DNA from: Candidatus Nanoarchaeia archaeon
Lineage (GTDB): Archaea > Nanobdellota > Nanobdellia > Woesearchaeales > SKIA01
Direction: 5' to 3'
NCBI GenBank assembly: GCA_028279685.1
Contig: JANQNG010000002.1
Location: 76,144 to 140,143, forward strand
DNA length: 64,000 nt
Shown here: positions 55,655-64,000 of the stretch, piece by piece
How positions within the stretch are numbered: the first letter of the stretch is position 1
Layout of the letters: each line of letters opens with the position of its first letter
Notes under the pieces: generated by a model
Database searches by the model: none
Seen by the model: only the letters and a program-made list of their open reading frames with translations
Told to the model about the DNA's origin: nothing
Translations under genes and position numbers: made by a program

Positions 55655-55741
55655 TTTGCCAGAAGAGCGAGATATAAACGCAACATTTATAAAGAACATA
55701 ACCTATGCTCCTAGTAAACTACTATTGTCGAGGGAACACTT

Positions 55742-56152
55742 ATGGTAATCAAAAAGATCTTTTCCAAATTATCAAAAAACATGGATAATGACTACGAAGA
55801 ATACGGACAGCAACCCGGAGACGATTATGTACATATTGATACAGAAAGCACAGACAAAGGTGTCTCAAAAGCTGTTGTAAGAACATTTGTGATTAGAGAT
55901 TTCTCAGACATAAAAGAAATTCTTGATTCATTAAGAGCACAAAATACTATCTGTTTCGTTAATATTCAGCCCTTGAAAGATAAGGACTTAGTTGAATTGA
56001 AGAGAGCAATAAATAAGATCAAGAAGACAGTCGATGCAGTTGATGGTGATATTGCTGGTGTGGATGATTACCTTATCGTGACTCCTGGTGGTGTTGAAAT
56101 TCACAGAAGCAAAAAGACTTCCGAAATGACTGAGGAAGATATTGATTTCTAG
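55742..56152 (+). CDS. sepF: SepF-like cell division protein
   Basis: N-terminal amphipathic IFSKLSK; core VRTFVIRDFSDIKEILDSLRAQNTICFVNIQPL...DGDIAGVDDYLIVTPGGVEI matches the SepF domain pattern. Confidence 0.6.
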   Translation: MVIKKIFSKLSKNMDNDYEEYGQQPGDDYVHIDTESTDKGVSKAVVRTFVIRDFSDIKEILDSLRAQNTICFVNIQPLKDKDLVELKRAINKIKKTVDAVDGDIAGVDDYLIVTPGGVEIHRSKKTSEMTEEDIDF

Positions 56153-56210
56153 AACTAATCTTTTCTCTTTTTACCAATATCTTTATAAATCAACATAGTT
56201 TCTCAGCCCT

Positions 56211-56588
56211 ATGGCAGTGAATCAGCATAGAAGCACTAGAAAAACCAGTGGAGGCAGATACAAGAAACTTAGAGTCAGAAGGCTCCATCAGCAAGGTAGT
56301 CTTCCTACATTGACAAAGGTAGGCCCTACAAAAAAGAAGAATTCTAGAGTAAGAGGAGGCAACATCTCAACTAAATTGCTTACTTGTGACACCGCCAATG
56401 TGCTTGATCCTAAAACCAAAAAATTCTCTAAAGAAAAGATCAAAGGGCTGAAAGAAAATCCCGCTAACAGGCATTTTGTACGACGTAGTATCATCACAAA
56501 AGGTTCTATCATAGAAACCGAAAAAGGACTGGCAAAAGTGACTTCCAGGCCAGGCCAGGAAGGAACAGTGAATGCTGTTAGAGTATAA
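56211..56588 (+). CDS. rps8e: 30S ribosomal protein S8e
   Basis: MAVNQHRSTRKTSGGRYKKLRVRR N-terminus typical of S8e. Confidence 0.8.
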   Translation: MAVNQHRSTRKTSGGRYKKLRVRRLHQQGSLPTLTKVGPTKKKNSRVRGGNISTKLLTCDTANVLDPKTKKFSKEKIKGLKENPANRHFVRRSIITKGSIIETEKGLAKVTSRPGQEGTVNAVRV

Positions 56589-56599
56589 GTTCTTGAAAA

Positions 56600-56947
56600 C
56601 TAATTTAATTCGCAAGAATTACCATTCCAACACTTATCTAATCCACAATCACACCCATAAGAAAGAGCTTCTGTACAAGAATAATGAATCTTAGAACTCC
56701 ATCTTTCATAAACACATTCATCGTGACACCCTGATGAAAATTCAATCCATCCTGCCCCACCAGATTCACATAATTCTTGTGTCTGCAATGGATATTCTTT
56801 TAATTGATCTATTTGATATGAATAAGAATTTTCACGTAAATTACATCCAACTAAGAAAATTAATATCACTATCATCAAAATTATTCCTCTTTTCATATTT
56901 GATAATTTAGAATCAATGCTTATAAATTTATTTATCAGTTTACCCAT
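56600..56947 (-). CDS. small secreted Cys-rich protein
   Basis: Signal/TM MKRGIILMIVILIFLVGC; eight Cys in the mature part. Confidence 0.35.
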   Translation of the reverse strand: MGKLINKFISIDSKLSNMKRGIILMIVILIFLVGCNLRENSYSYQIDQLKEYPLQTQELCESGGAGWIEFSSGCHDECVYERWSSKIHYSCTEALSYGCDCGLDKCWNGNSCELN

Positions 56948-56976
56948 AACCTTTTTATACTAGTTTCCACTAGCGA

Positions 56977-57327
56977 ATGGTTATGAAGGTGAGAGTGCTG
57001 GTATTTCTTATTATAGCAATCATGGTAGCAAGTGCTGTATTCGGAGCTGTAGGTATTAAAGATGCTGAAGAATTCTATAGAGTAAATCCTGAGAAACCTA
57101 CAAAAAGAATTTATTTCATCAATACTTCTAAATCCGTAGAAAATACTTCTGTGGAAGAGCCTCCTGAAGTTACTATTGAAGCCAAACAAATAAGCTATAC
57201 ACAAGATGATAAATTAACGCAATTAGTTATTGCAGCTGTCGCTTTAGTGATTATCATCATTGCTGTGAATACATATTACAGTGATAAAGTCACTAGTAGA
57301 AAACGTCAAAAGAAAAAGAGTAAATAA
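56977..57327 (+). CDS. hypothetical membrane protein
   Basis: N- and C-terminal TM helices; Lys-rich end. Confidence 0.35.
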   Translation: MVMKVRVLVFLIIAIMVASAVFGAVGIKDAEEFYRVNPEKPTKRIYFINTSKSVENTSVEEPPEVTIEAKQISYTQDDKLTQLVIAAVALVIIIIAVNTYYSDKVTSRKRQKKKSK

Positions 57328-57328
57328 T

Positions 57329-57532
57329 TTATTTGTTAAATTCTGTATAACCGCATTTACCGCAGTGCACGCGATCTTTATGCTGTGCCATCGTGACTCC
57401 TTTGCCACATTTTGGGCAGTCACGATTTTTCTTCTTTCCATTCTCAAAGACTTTGCCTAATTGATTAGCATGAGAAACTGATTTTTTTCTTTCCTTTTTG
57501 TCGCCGCCTTTACCGCCTTTTTTATTTCCCAT
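57329..57532 (-). CDS. rps27ae: 30S ribosomal protein S27ae (eS31)
   Basis: [30 protein letters not shown]4 zinc ribbon typical of S27ae. Confidence 0.75.
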   Translation of the reverse strand: MGNKKGGKGGDKKERKKSVSHANQLGKVFENGKKKNRDCPKCGKGVTMAQHKDRVHCGKCGYTEFNK

Positions 57533-57538
57533 CGATCA

Positions 57539-57985
57539 TCACTCCTTCTTTTCTTCTTTGGCTTCTTTTTTCTCTTCAGCAGGTTTTTCTTCTGCTTGAG
57601 GTTCTTCTTTCTTTTCTTCGACAGGCTTCTCTTCAGCAGGAGCTTCCTCTTTCTTTTCAGCCATTTCTTCTTTTTTCTCTTCAGCAGGAGCCTCTTCTTT
57701 TTTCTTTTTCTCTTCAAAATTCTTTTTCAAAGAACTTTTCTTCTCTAATGTCTTCATTGCTTTCTCATCATCATAGACGTATGCAAGAAATGAAGCATCT
57801 AATCCACCAAACTTCGGCTTAATCTTCCTGACTACAAGAAGTTCTTTCTTCGCTTTGATTTTCTTTGAAAGTTCATCTCTGAATTCCTGAACAGAAGGTG
57901 TTTTTCCTTCAAAAGTAACATAGCCACGAACTTCCTTTCTTGAGAGCAAAGGCACCCCATACTCATAATCCACTCTTACTTCCAT
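57539..57985 (-). CDS. rps24e: 30S ribosomal protein S24e with K/E-rich C-terminal extension
   Basis: LLSRKEVRGYVTFEGKTPSVQEFRDELSKK...FGGLDASFLAYVYD S24e core. Confidence 0.8.
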   Translation of the reverse strand: MEVRVDYEYGVPLLSRKEVRGYVTFEGKTPSVQEFRDELSKKIKAKKELLVVRKIKPKFGGLDASFLAYVYDDEKAMKTLEKKSSLKKNFEEKKKKEEAPAEEKKEEMAEKKEEAPAEEKPVEEKKEEPQAEEKPAEEKKEAKEEKKE

Positions 57986-57989
57986 TGTT

Positions 57990-58178
57990 TCACCGTATCT
58001 TTATTGCATACTCACCGTCATGCTCAACACCCATGCGTTTCGCAATCTCCGATTCTTTTGCATTAATGATATTGATGCGTCCTTGCCAACTTGGTGTCAA
58101 TTGGGCATTTTTATGATACTTACAATGATCTTCTGTAGTGAGAAGTTTGCATTTTTTGCATGCTTTGAGCTTTGCCAT
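57990..58178 (-). CDS. spt4: transcription elongation factor Spt4 (RpoE''), zinc ribbon
   Basis: MAKLKACKKCKLLTTEDHCKYHKNAQLTPSWQGRINIINAKESEIAKRMG matches Spt4 pattern. Confidence 0.75.
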   Translation of the reverse strand: MAKLKACKKCKLLTTEDHCKYHKNAQLTPSWQGRINIINAKESEIAKRMGVEHDGEYAIKIR

Positions 58179-58188
58179 TATTTACACC

Positions 58189-58740
58189 TTATTTTTTCTT
58201 CTCGTTTTTGAAGTCTTCATCAATCCATTCTTGTTTTCCTAATCCGACCTGTCTCATCGTTAATCCAAATTTAGGATTGGATAAATCTTTATAGGATATT
58301 GCAATGAATTTTGCTTTGCATCGATCAGTGATTCTCAGACTACGTTTCGTATCTTTTCCTTGAAGATTTCTGTCTTTAGACATACTAACAAAATCATTCA
58401 TTGTCTGAGACACATGAATCATACCATCAATAGGACCTAGATTAAGAAACACGCCGAAATCAGCTATTTCCTTGATCTCTCCTGCAACAATTTCATGGAT
58501 CTCAGGTCTGTAAACAAGCAGCGTAAATTCGCTTTCATAGTAGACAGCACCGTCGCCCATGATGATTTTCCCTTCTCCAATCTCGTGGACATTCATTACA
58601 TCAATCACCAGGCCTGTTTCTTTGCTAATGTAGCCGTCAAATTGATGTTTAACCTGTTTGATAATGCCTGTTTCAAGTTCCTCTCCGAACAATGTAGGAG
58701 GAAGCCTTACGTGGTCTTTCACTTTAAGCTTGTAAAACAT
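58189..58740 (-). CDS. rpoE: DNA-directed RNA polymerase subunit E' (Rpo7), S1 domain
   Basis: MFYKLKVKDHVRLPPTLFGE... Rpo7 N-terminal domain followed by S1 fold. Confidence 0.85.
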   Translation of the reverse strand: MFYKLKVKDHVRLPPTLFGEELETGIIKQVKHQFDGYISKETGLVIDVMNVHEIGEGKIIMGDGAVYYESEFTLLVYRPEIHEIVAGEIKEIADFGVFLNLGPIDGMIHVSQTMNDFVSMSKDRNLQGKDTKRSLRITDRCKAKFIAISYKDLSNPKFGLTMRQVGLGKQEWIDEDFKNEKKK

Positions 58741-58750
58741 TGTTATAGCC

Positions 58751-59119
58751 TCATATTATCTTCAGATATTGTTTCTTGATAAGTGTTATAACCTCTCCTA
58801 TTCGCCTTTTTAAGTCCTGATCTTGGGTCGCTATTAACCCATCAGAAGCAAGTCTTGCCAAGGCATCATCTGCGTAGTCTTCGGAAGTAGGTTCCCTTTT
58901 TAAACCTTTTTGATTTATCAGCTGAATTGCTAAGCTCGCAGCAGCCTTATCAGCCCCTTTATCTGCTGTTTTGGAGAGTTTCAGCAGTTCTTGATAGACT
59001 GGCTCAATGATAATGATCTCAAATGGCTTATCCATAATTCGCTCAAATTCTGCAAAGATATCTACTTTGAACTGTCCTGGAATCAACAGAAAATTCGTAT
59101 CTGGGTATATTGTAATCAT
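58751..59119 (-). CDS. PIN-domain protein of the conserved rpoE-upstream cluster
   Basis: MITIYPDTNFLL N-terminus with acidic residues of the PIN fold; conserved position upstream of rpoE'. Confidence 0.5.
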   Translation of the reverse strand: MITIYPDTNFLLIPGQFKVDIFAEFERIMDKPFEIIIIEPVYQELLKLSKTADKGADKAAASLAIQLINQKGLKREPTSEDYADDALARLASDGLIATQDQDLKRRIGEVITLIKKQYLKII

Positions 59120-59251
59120 ATGTTAAGAGATATAGAAACCTTTAAAAAAATGCTTTTTATACCTTTTTGTATGGCTAATAAATCAACAAAAGACAATTGT
59201 TGCTGATTCTTTTGCATAGGCCTATCTCTATCATTTATTCTCAACACGTAT

Positions 59252-59322
59252 GCGCACGTGGCCAAGTAGTAAGGCAAGAGGCTGCAACCCTCTGATCCCC
59301 GGTGCAAATCCGGGCGTGCGCT
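59252..59322 (+). tRNA. tRNA-Cys (anticodon GCA), no intron
   Basis: Acceptor GCGCACG/CGTGCGC, anticodon stem AGAGG/CCTCT with loop CTGCAAC, T arm CCCGG-TGCAAAT-CCGGG, discriminator U. Confidence 0.8.
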
Positions 59323-59417
59323 TAAGAAGGGATTTGCACCTCCGGTGCATGCTCAAAAATCAAAGATTTTTGGCAACTCGGAAAACTACGTTTTCCTCCG
59401 TAATCCGGGCGTGCGCT
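59323..59417 (+). other. tRNA-linked structured element B3: antisense tRNA-Cys T-loop, hairpins, direct repeat of the tRNA-Cys 3' end
   Basis: GGGATTTGCACC is the reverse complement of the Cys T-loop region; hairpins GCACC-TCC-GGTGC, CAAAAAT-CAAAG-ATTTTTG, GGAAAAC-TAC-GTTTTCC; ends TAATCCGGGCGTGCGCTTA vs tRNA end AAATCCGGGCGTGCGCTTA. Confidence 0.3.
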
Positions 59418-59438
59418 TAACAAAAAAAAGGTGTCACT

Positions 59439-60302
59439 ATGCCATACCTCAAAAACGGAAAACACAAAGTGTACTACGAGATTCATAGAGATTCTCCTAT
59501 GCTCGTTTTTCTCCATGGAGCAACCATGAATCATACATTACTAGGGCATCAAATTAAATACGCCCAAAAATTAGGATACGGTACCCTTGCTATTGACTTA
59601 CGAGGCGCTGGTAAATCTACTTATTCAAAAGATAAATCATTTTATGATGTTGAAAACTACGTTGAAGATATCACAAAAATTCTCAAAAAAGAAAAAATAA
59701 GAAAAATAATTCCTGTGGGATTTTCGCACGGAGGTATGGTTGCACAAGCCTTTGCAGCAATGTATCCTAAAAAGACACAAGGCCTTATTCTTATCGCGAC
59801 AACCTACAATATTAACGAAACATTTTGCAATACGCTTCCAAAAAAATTATTTTTTCATGGCAGTACTGCCATAAAGAAATTAATGTTAATTTATAATCAG
59901 TTCGTATCACTATTCCACCCTCTAAAAGATAACCCTCCAAACTACACTAGTGAAAAATATAAGCATATGAATACTGCTCAATTTGTTATTGATCATTATC
60001 TCACAAGAAGTGCTGACAGAATTAAAGCAGAGCTGCAATTTAGCAGCAACATCAGATTTCAAGACATAAAAGAGCATACTAAAAAAATACGATGCCCAAC
60101 AATAATTATTCAAGGGAAAAACGATATAAGCATTACTCCTGATGTTGCTGAAGCATTGCACACTATGATTCCTTCAAGCAGCAAACCGATCTATATTGAA
60201 CAAGGAGATCATGGCATGGCATTTAATCTTCCAAATGAAGTGAATAACATATTAAAAAAAGGATTGGATTATATTTATAACCATAAAACATTAAAAGCAT
60301 GA
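59439..60302 (+). CDS. alpha/beta-fold hydrolase
   Basis: VFLHGATMNH...GFSHGGMVAQ nucleophile elbow. Confidence 0.6.
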   Translation: MPYLKNGKHKVYYEIHRDSPMLVFLHGATMNHTLLGHQIKYAQKLGYGTLAIDLRGAGKSTYSKDKSFYDVENYVEDITKILKKEKIRKIIPVGFSHGGMVAQAFAAMYPKKTQGLILIATTYNINETFCNTLPKKLFFHGSTAIKKLMLIYNQFVSLFHPLKDNPPNYTSEKYKHMNTAQFVIDHYLTRSADRIKAELQFSSNIRFQDIKEHTKKIRCPTIIIQGKNDISITPDVAEALHTMIPSSSKPIYIEQGDHGMAFNLPNEVNNILKKGLDYIYNHKTLKA

Positions 60303-60318
60303 AACAGAGGAATATACT

Positions 60319-61722
60319 ATGGACATCCAACTATTCAACACATTGACCAGAAAGAAAGAAGTATTTGCACCTATCAAGAAAGGTGAAGTGGGATTGTACT
60401 GCTGTGGACCTACTGTTTACAACTATGCTCATATAGGCAATCTGAGAGCATATCTCTTTGAAGACGTATTAGTACGAATGTTCAAATATAATCAATTCAA
60501 AATAACCCATGTGATGAATATCACTGATGTCGGGCATTTAACTTCTGATGCTGACGAAGGAGAAGATAAAATGCTCAAAGGAGCAAAAAGAGAAGGTAAA
60601 ACAGTCTATGAAATTGCTGATCATTACACGAAAGCATTTTTCAATGATACTGAACAACTGAACATTTTGCATCCAAATGTAACACCAAAAGCGACAGAGC
60701 ACATTAAGCAAATGATTGTATTAGTCAAACGATTAGAAGAGAATGGATTAACGTATGTTGCTGGAGGGAATGTTTATTTTGACACAAGCAAGTTCCCTAA
60801 GTATGGAGAACTTGCCAGATTAAAACTTGATGAACTAAAAGAAGGTGCTCGTGTTGATAAAGACCCCAACAAAAAAAATCCTACTGACTTTGTATTATGG
60901 TTTACCAAATCAAAGTTTACCGATCAAGAAATGAAATGGGATTCTCCTTGGGGAACAGGCTATCCTGGTTGGCATATTGAATGTAGTGCAATGAGTATGG
61001 AGTATTTAGGAGAGCAATTCGATATCCACTGTGGAGGTATTGATCATATTCCTGTACACCATACTAATGAGATTGCACAATCAGAAGGTGCCACTGGTAA
61101 AAAATGGGTCAATATATGGATGCATAACGAATTTCTTGTAGATGAGAAAGGAAAAATGGCTAAATCTGCAGGAGCATTTCTCACACTATCTGTACTGAAA
61201 GAGAAGGGTTATGATCCTTTAGTATATAGATACTTTACTTTGGGAACATCATATAGAAAACCTTTGATGTTAAGCTACGATGCACTAGATGGTGCAAAGA
61301 ATGCATTCGAGAACTTGAAAAAAAAGATCATTGAATTACAAAAAGAATCTTCAGAAGCGAAGAAAGGAAGTGAGAAAAAGTTTGAACAATACAGCAAAGA
61401 TTTTCTTGCAGCAATCAATGATGATCTGAATACTCCAAAAGCTCTTGCATTATTATGGGATGTGTTAAAAGATAATGAATTAAAATCAGAAACAAAGTAT
61501 TACTTAGTGTTAGATTTCGATCGTGTTTTGGGCTTTGGATTAGATAAAGTTAAAGAAGAAAAAATAGATATTCCTGATGAGATAAAAGCTATTGCTGAAA
61601 AGAGGTCAGAAGCAAGAAAGAAGAAAGATTGGGGTGCTTCTGACCAGTTACGAGATGAGTTAAGGAAAAAAGGATGGGTTATTGAGGATACGAAAGAAGG
61701 GTATGAATTGAAGAAAGGATAA
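60319..61722 (+). CDS. cysS: cysteinyl-tRNA synthetase
   Basis: HIGN (HIGH-type) motif in YNYAHIGNLRAY; KMSKS-type KMAKSAG; CysRS-like zinc-binding Cys pattern. Confidence 0.9.
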   Translation: MDIQLFNTLTRKKEVFAPIKKGEVGLYCCGPTVYNYAHIGNLRAYLFEDVLVRMFKYNQFKITHVMNITDVGHLTSDADEGEDKMLKGAKREGKTVYEIADHYTKAFFNDTEQLNILHPNVTPKATEHIKQMIVLVKRLEENGLTYVAGGNVYFDTSKFPKYGELARLKLDELKEGARVDKDPNKKNPTDFVLWFTKSKFTDQEMKWDSPWGTGYPGWHIECSAMSMEYLGEQFDIHCGGIDHIPVHHTNEIAQSEGATGKKWVNIWMHNEFLVDEKGKMAKSAGAFLTLSVLKEKGYDPLVYRYFTLGTSYRKPLMLSYDALDGAKNAFENLKKKIIELQKESSEAKKGSEKKFEQYSKDFLAAINDDLNTPKALALLWDVLKDNELKSETKYYLVLDFDRVLGFGLDKVKEEKIDIPDEIKAIAEKRSEARKKKDWGASDQLRDELRKKGWVIEDTKEGYELKKG

Positions 61723-61743
61723 ATTTTTATATGCATTATATAG

Positions 61744-62091
61744 ATGAAGAAACGAATTTTTGGAGGAGTTCTTACTGTTGTTGGATTTATACTTTCTCCA
61801 CTTTCTTGGTGGAATGATTTTGTAATTAATATTCCTTTAGCTTATATTTTTGCTTTGCCATTTGGTTTTTTGTCTAAGACTTTATTTTTACCAGCAATGA
61901 TTATCAGGTATTGGCTAACCAATATTGCTGGTTTTTTACTTATGCATCTTGGTATTCAAAAAGCTGTGAAAAAAGAAGATAAATATGGGGTAAAAGAACT
62001 AAAAAGAGATATTATAATATCTATATTGTACACAATTCTAATTATTATTTTAGTACTCACAGGAGTTTTAAGATTTCCAACTGAATACTAA
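61744..62091 (+). CDS. hypothetical membrane protein
   Basis: Three or four predicted TM helices. Confidence 0.35.
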   Translation: MKKRIFGGVLTVVGFILSPLSWWNDFVINIPLAYIFALPFGFLSKTLFLPAMIIRYWLTNIAGFLLMHLGIQKAVKKEDKYGVKELKRDIIISILYTILIIILVLTGVLRFPTEY

Positions 62092-62171
62092 ATAGAACCT
62101 TAGTTCATTTTTTGTATGTAATATATTAAAAGAAAATAAAAAAAATCTTATTGCATTTCTCTTGCAGCTAT

Positions 62172-62627
62172 TCAGTAACTTGTGTGTCTTCTGCCGAAAT
62201 CTCTTATGAGACCAAGTTCTTCAGCTAGCGCATTAGCAGTTTCAAAATCCCCTGCAGTTCGAGCTTCATGCATTTTCACAAATACATCAAAGTTGTCTTC
62301 GTTAATTAACTCAGCCATTCCTCGAGTCCATCCAAGACCAGAAATAGCTTCTGCCCAAGCATCATAATCTCCATCTATAACAGCCTGACGTGCTGGATGC
62401 ATTGCTTGCCTTCTTTCCATTCTTTGCTCGTATTTCTCCTGAGCCCATTTAAACCTCTCTTCTGTTAATTCGCTCATCTTTATTTCTTTCCATGTTTCAT
62501 AATCTCCTGTTTCAAGAGCCTTTTTCTTGGCTTCTCTATGTTCAGAACCAAATCCGTCAAAAGCAGATACAATCCCTATTGAAGCGACAAGGCCTATCAA
62601 CAAAAATACTATCAACATTTTTTTCAT
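62172..62627 (-). CDS. hypothetical secreted protein
   Basis: Signal peptide MKKMLIVFLLIGLVASIGIVSA; helical, Glu/Trp-rich. Confidence 0.4.
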   Translation of the reverse strand: MKKMLIVFLLIGLVASIGIVSAFDGFGSEHREAKKKALETGDYETWKEIKMSELTEERFKWAQEKYEQRMERRQAMHPARQAVIDGDYDAWAEAISGLGWTRGMAELINEDNFDVFVKMHEARTAGDFETANALAEELGLIRDFGRRHTSY

Positions 62628-62743
62628 GCTATCACCTCCATGATGCTAAGAGATGAATACTCTTGAATCTATATAAACAAGAAGAAGAGAAAATGTGCAC
62701 TTTAAGTCCATTTTCTATATAAAATTTTAAATATATCAAGTAC

Positions 62744-63454
62744 TTGGTGATATTTATGAATCATGGAATGCTTGCAAGAGGAGTAGGTTTCAAGCCCCCA
62801 TCACAAGATTTAGCTATTGAAATAGTGTATGCTTCCATTGTTATAATATTATGTCTTATTGTGTATTTCAGAACAAGAGAACTGTATAAACTAAGCTCAC
62901 ATAAAGGAATAGAACATTTCAGGAATGCATTTTTGTTCTTTGCAATCGCTTATTTTGCAAGATTTTTAGCTCACGTTTTCATAGTTAATGGAATAACATT
63001 CGGACTTCACAGATATTACATATTGGCTGTTGGATTAATACCTTTTGCATTCGCGAGTTCCATGGCAATATTATCATTGACATTCAGCACATTTTGGAGA
63101 AAATGGAAATGGTTCGATGAGTATTATTTACTTTATGGTCTTGCAATACTAATTACATTAATTGTATACTTAGGAAAATCTCCTTTAGTGCTGACAATAT
63201 CTCAGATTATTCTTTTAGTTATAACAATAACTATGAGTTTCATTAATCAGATGAAAAGAAAATCAAAACTATATGCGATATACTTGCTGATATTTCTTTT
63301 CTGGGTATTGAACCTTATTGCAACCACTGTTCCAAGATTCCTCATAGAGATAAAAATTCCATTGTACATTATTTCAGCAGGCGTGTTTGCATTATTGACG
63401 CATAAAGTTATTAAAACTATTTCCGACAAAAAAAATGGCAAGAAAAAGAGATAG
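62744..63454 (+). CDS. hypothetical polytopic membrane protein
   Basis: At least six hydrophobic helices. Confidence 0.4.
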   Translation: MVIFMNHGMLARGVGFKPPSQDLAIEIVYASIVIILCLIVYFRTRELYKLSSHKGIEHFRNAFLFFAIAYFARFLAHVFIVNGITFGLHRYYILAVGLIPFAFASSMAILSLTFSTFWRKWKWFDEYYLLYGLAILITLIVYLGKSPLVLTISQIILLVITITMSFINQMKRKSKLYAIYLLIFLFWVLNLIATTVPRFLIEIKIPLYIISAGVFALLTHKVIKTISDKKNGKKKR

Positions 63455-63710
63455 ATTAGAGGTTATTTATGATATTTTAAGCACCATACAGAAATATCAT
63501 AACTCGATAAAGCCAACACCTTTATTGCGATATTCTAATCTATCCTCGCAGAGTTTTTCTGAATATTTCCAGGAATTGCTTGAGAAAGAATTTGTCAAGG
63601 AAATTATTGACAAAAAAGGCAAGAAATTCATCACCTTAACCGATAAAGGATTTAATTACCTAGAGAAATACAAGGCCATTACAGGATTCATTGATGAGTT
63701 TGGACTGTAA
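63435..63710 (+). CDS. small winged-helix DNA-binding protein (putative transcription regulator)
   Basis: 91 aa; helix-turn-helix-like LEVIYDILSTIQ...; typical size of archaeal wHTH regulators. Confidence 0.4.
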   Translation: MARKRDRLEVIYDILSTIQKYHNSIKPTPLLRYSNLSSQSFSEYFQELLEKEFVKEIIDKKGKKFITLTDKGFNYLEKYKAITGFIDEFGL

Positions 63711-63802
63711 AAAGCCAGCACATACTCTTTTTCTTTATAATAGTTTCTCGTAAGCTTTATAAATGTAATAATTGTCGCCCTCGCCATACGGAGGTACTTT
63801 TA

Positions 63803-64000
63803 TGGATAACCAATTCAAACAAAGTTTGATAAATTCATCGTTCGATGACATTCTTGGCCAAGACGCTGTGAAGAAACAACTCAAGTCCGCTCTGGTGATG
63901 CAACGAAACATCATTCTCGTGGGTCCGCCAGGTATTGGAAAAACCACATTAGCAAAGAACGTAGCGAAAATATCAGGAAACCACACACCATTCGTGCGTA
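63803..64000 (+). CDS. AAA+ ATPase, N-terminal part (runs off window end; LonB/MoxR-like Walker A)
   Basis: Own translation MDNQFKQSLINSSFDDILGQDAVKKQLKSALVMQRNIILVGPPGIGKTTLAKNVAK...; Walker A GPPGIGKTT. Confidence 0.5.

Noticed and set aside
57457-57717. 86-aa Lys/Arg-rich ORF overlapping S24e in another frame
   Set aside because: Produced by the repetitive AAG/GAA-rich region encoding the K/E tail of S24e; S24e frame has the conserved core.
1-64000. CRISPR arrays, rRNA genes, transposase/IS elements, integrase genes
   Set aside because: No regularly spaced direct repeats, no rRNA-like conserved blocks, and no transposase- or integrase-like ORFs were found, although tRNA-adjacent att-like duplications are present.

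Overview
AT-rich (~33% GC) archaeal chromosome segment, probably from a small-genome DPANN-like archaeon. Archaeal markers present: archaellum FlaG/FlaF/FlaH/FlaI; r-proteins L21e, L10e, S19e, L39e, L31e, S8e, S27ae, S24e; RpoF, RpoE', Spt4, aIF-1A, SepF; tRNAs with introns. Bacterial-type genes are mixed in: YidD, LspA, TlpA/CcdA. Main blocks: (1) an RHS/YD-repeat polymorphic-toxin locus (full secreted mini-RHS, putative immunity genes, a 5'-truncated orphan toxin cassette) directly downstream of flaI; (2) conserved L21e-RpoF-DUF655 cluster; (3) Rad50 paired with a non-Mre11 partner; (4) two intron-containing tRNA-Gln genes (one with two introns) and a tRNA-Cys, each followed by a ~95-120 nt structured element that re-duplicates the tRNA 3' end; (5) tandem deoxynucleoside kinases, SET-domain protein, dUTPase, MscS; (6) extracytoplasmic thiol-redox lipoproteins; (7) a large glycogen locus with both a GlgA-like and a eukaryote-type GT3 glycogen synthase, GH57, NDP-sugar pyrophosphorylase, debranching enzyme, GH13; (8) a GT4 / LmbE-deacetylase / ATP-grasp operon resembling low-molecular-weight-thiol (bacillithiol/mycothiol-type) biosynthesis; (9) ribosomal/transcription cluster and CysRS. 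No CRISPR array, rRNA or obvious IS element seen. All calls come from reading the sequence and ORF translations; no database search was run.
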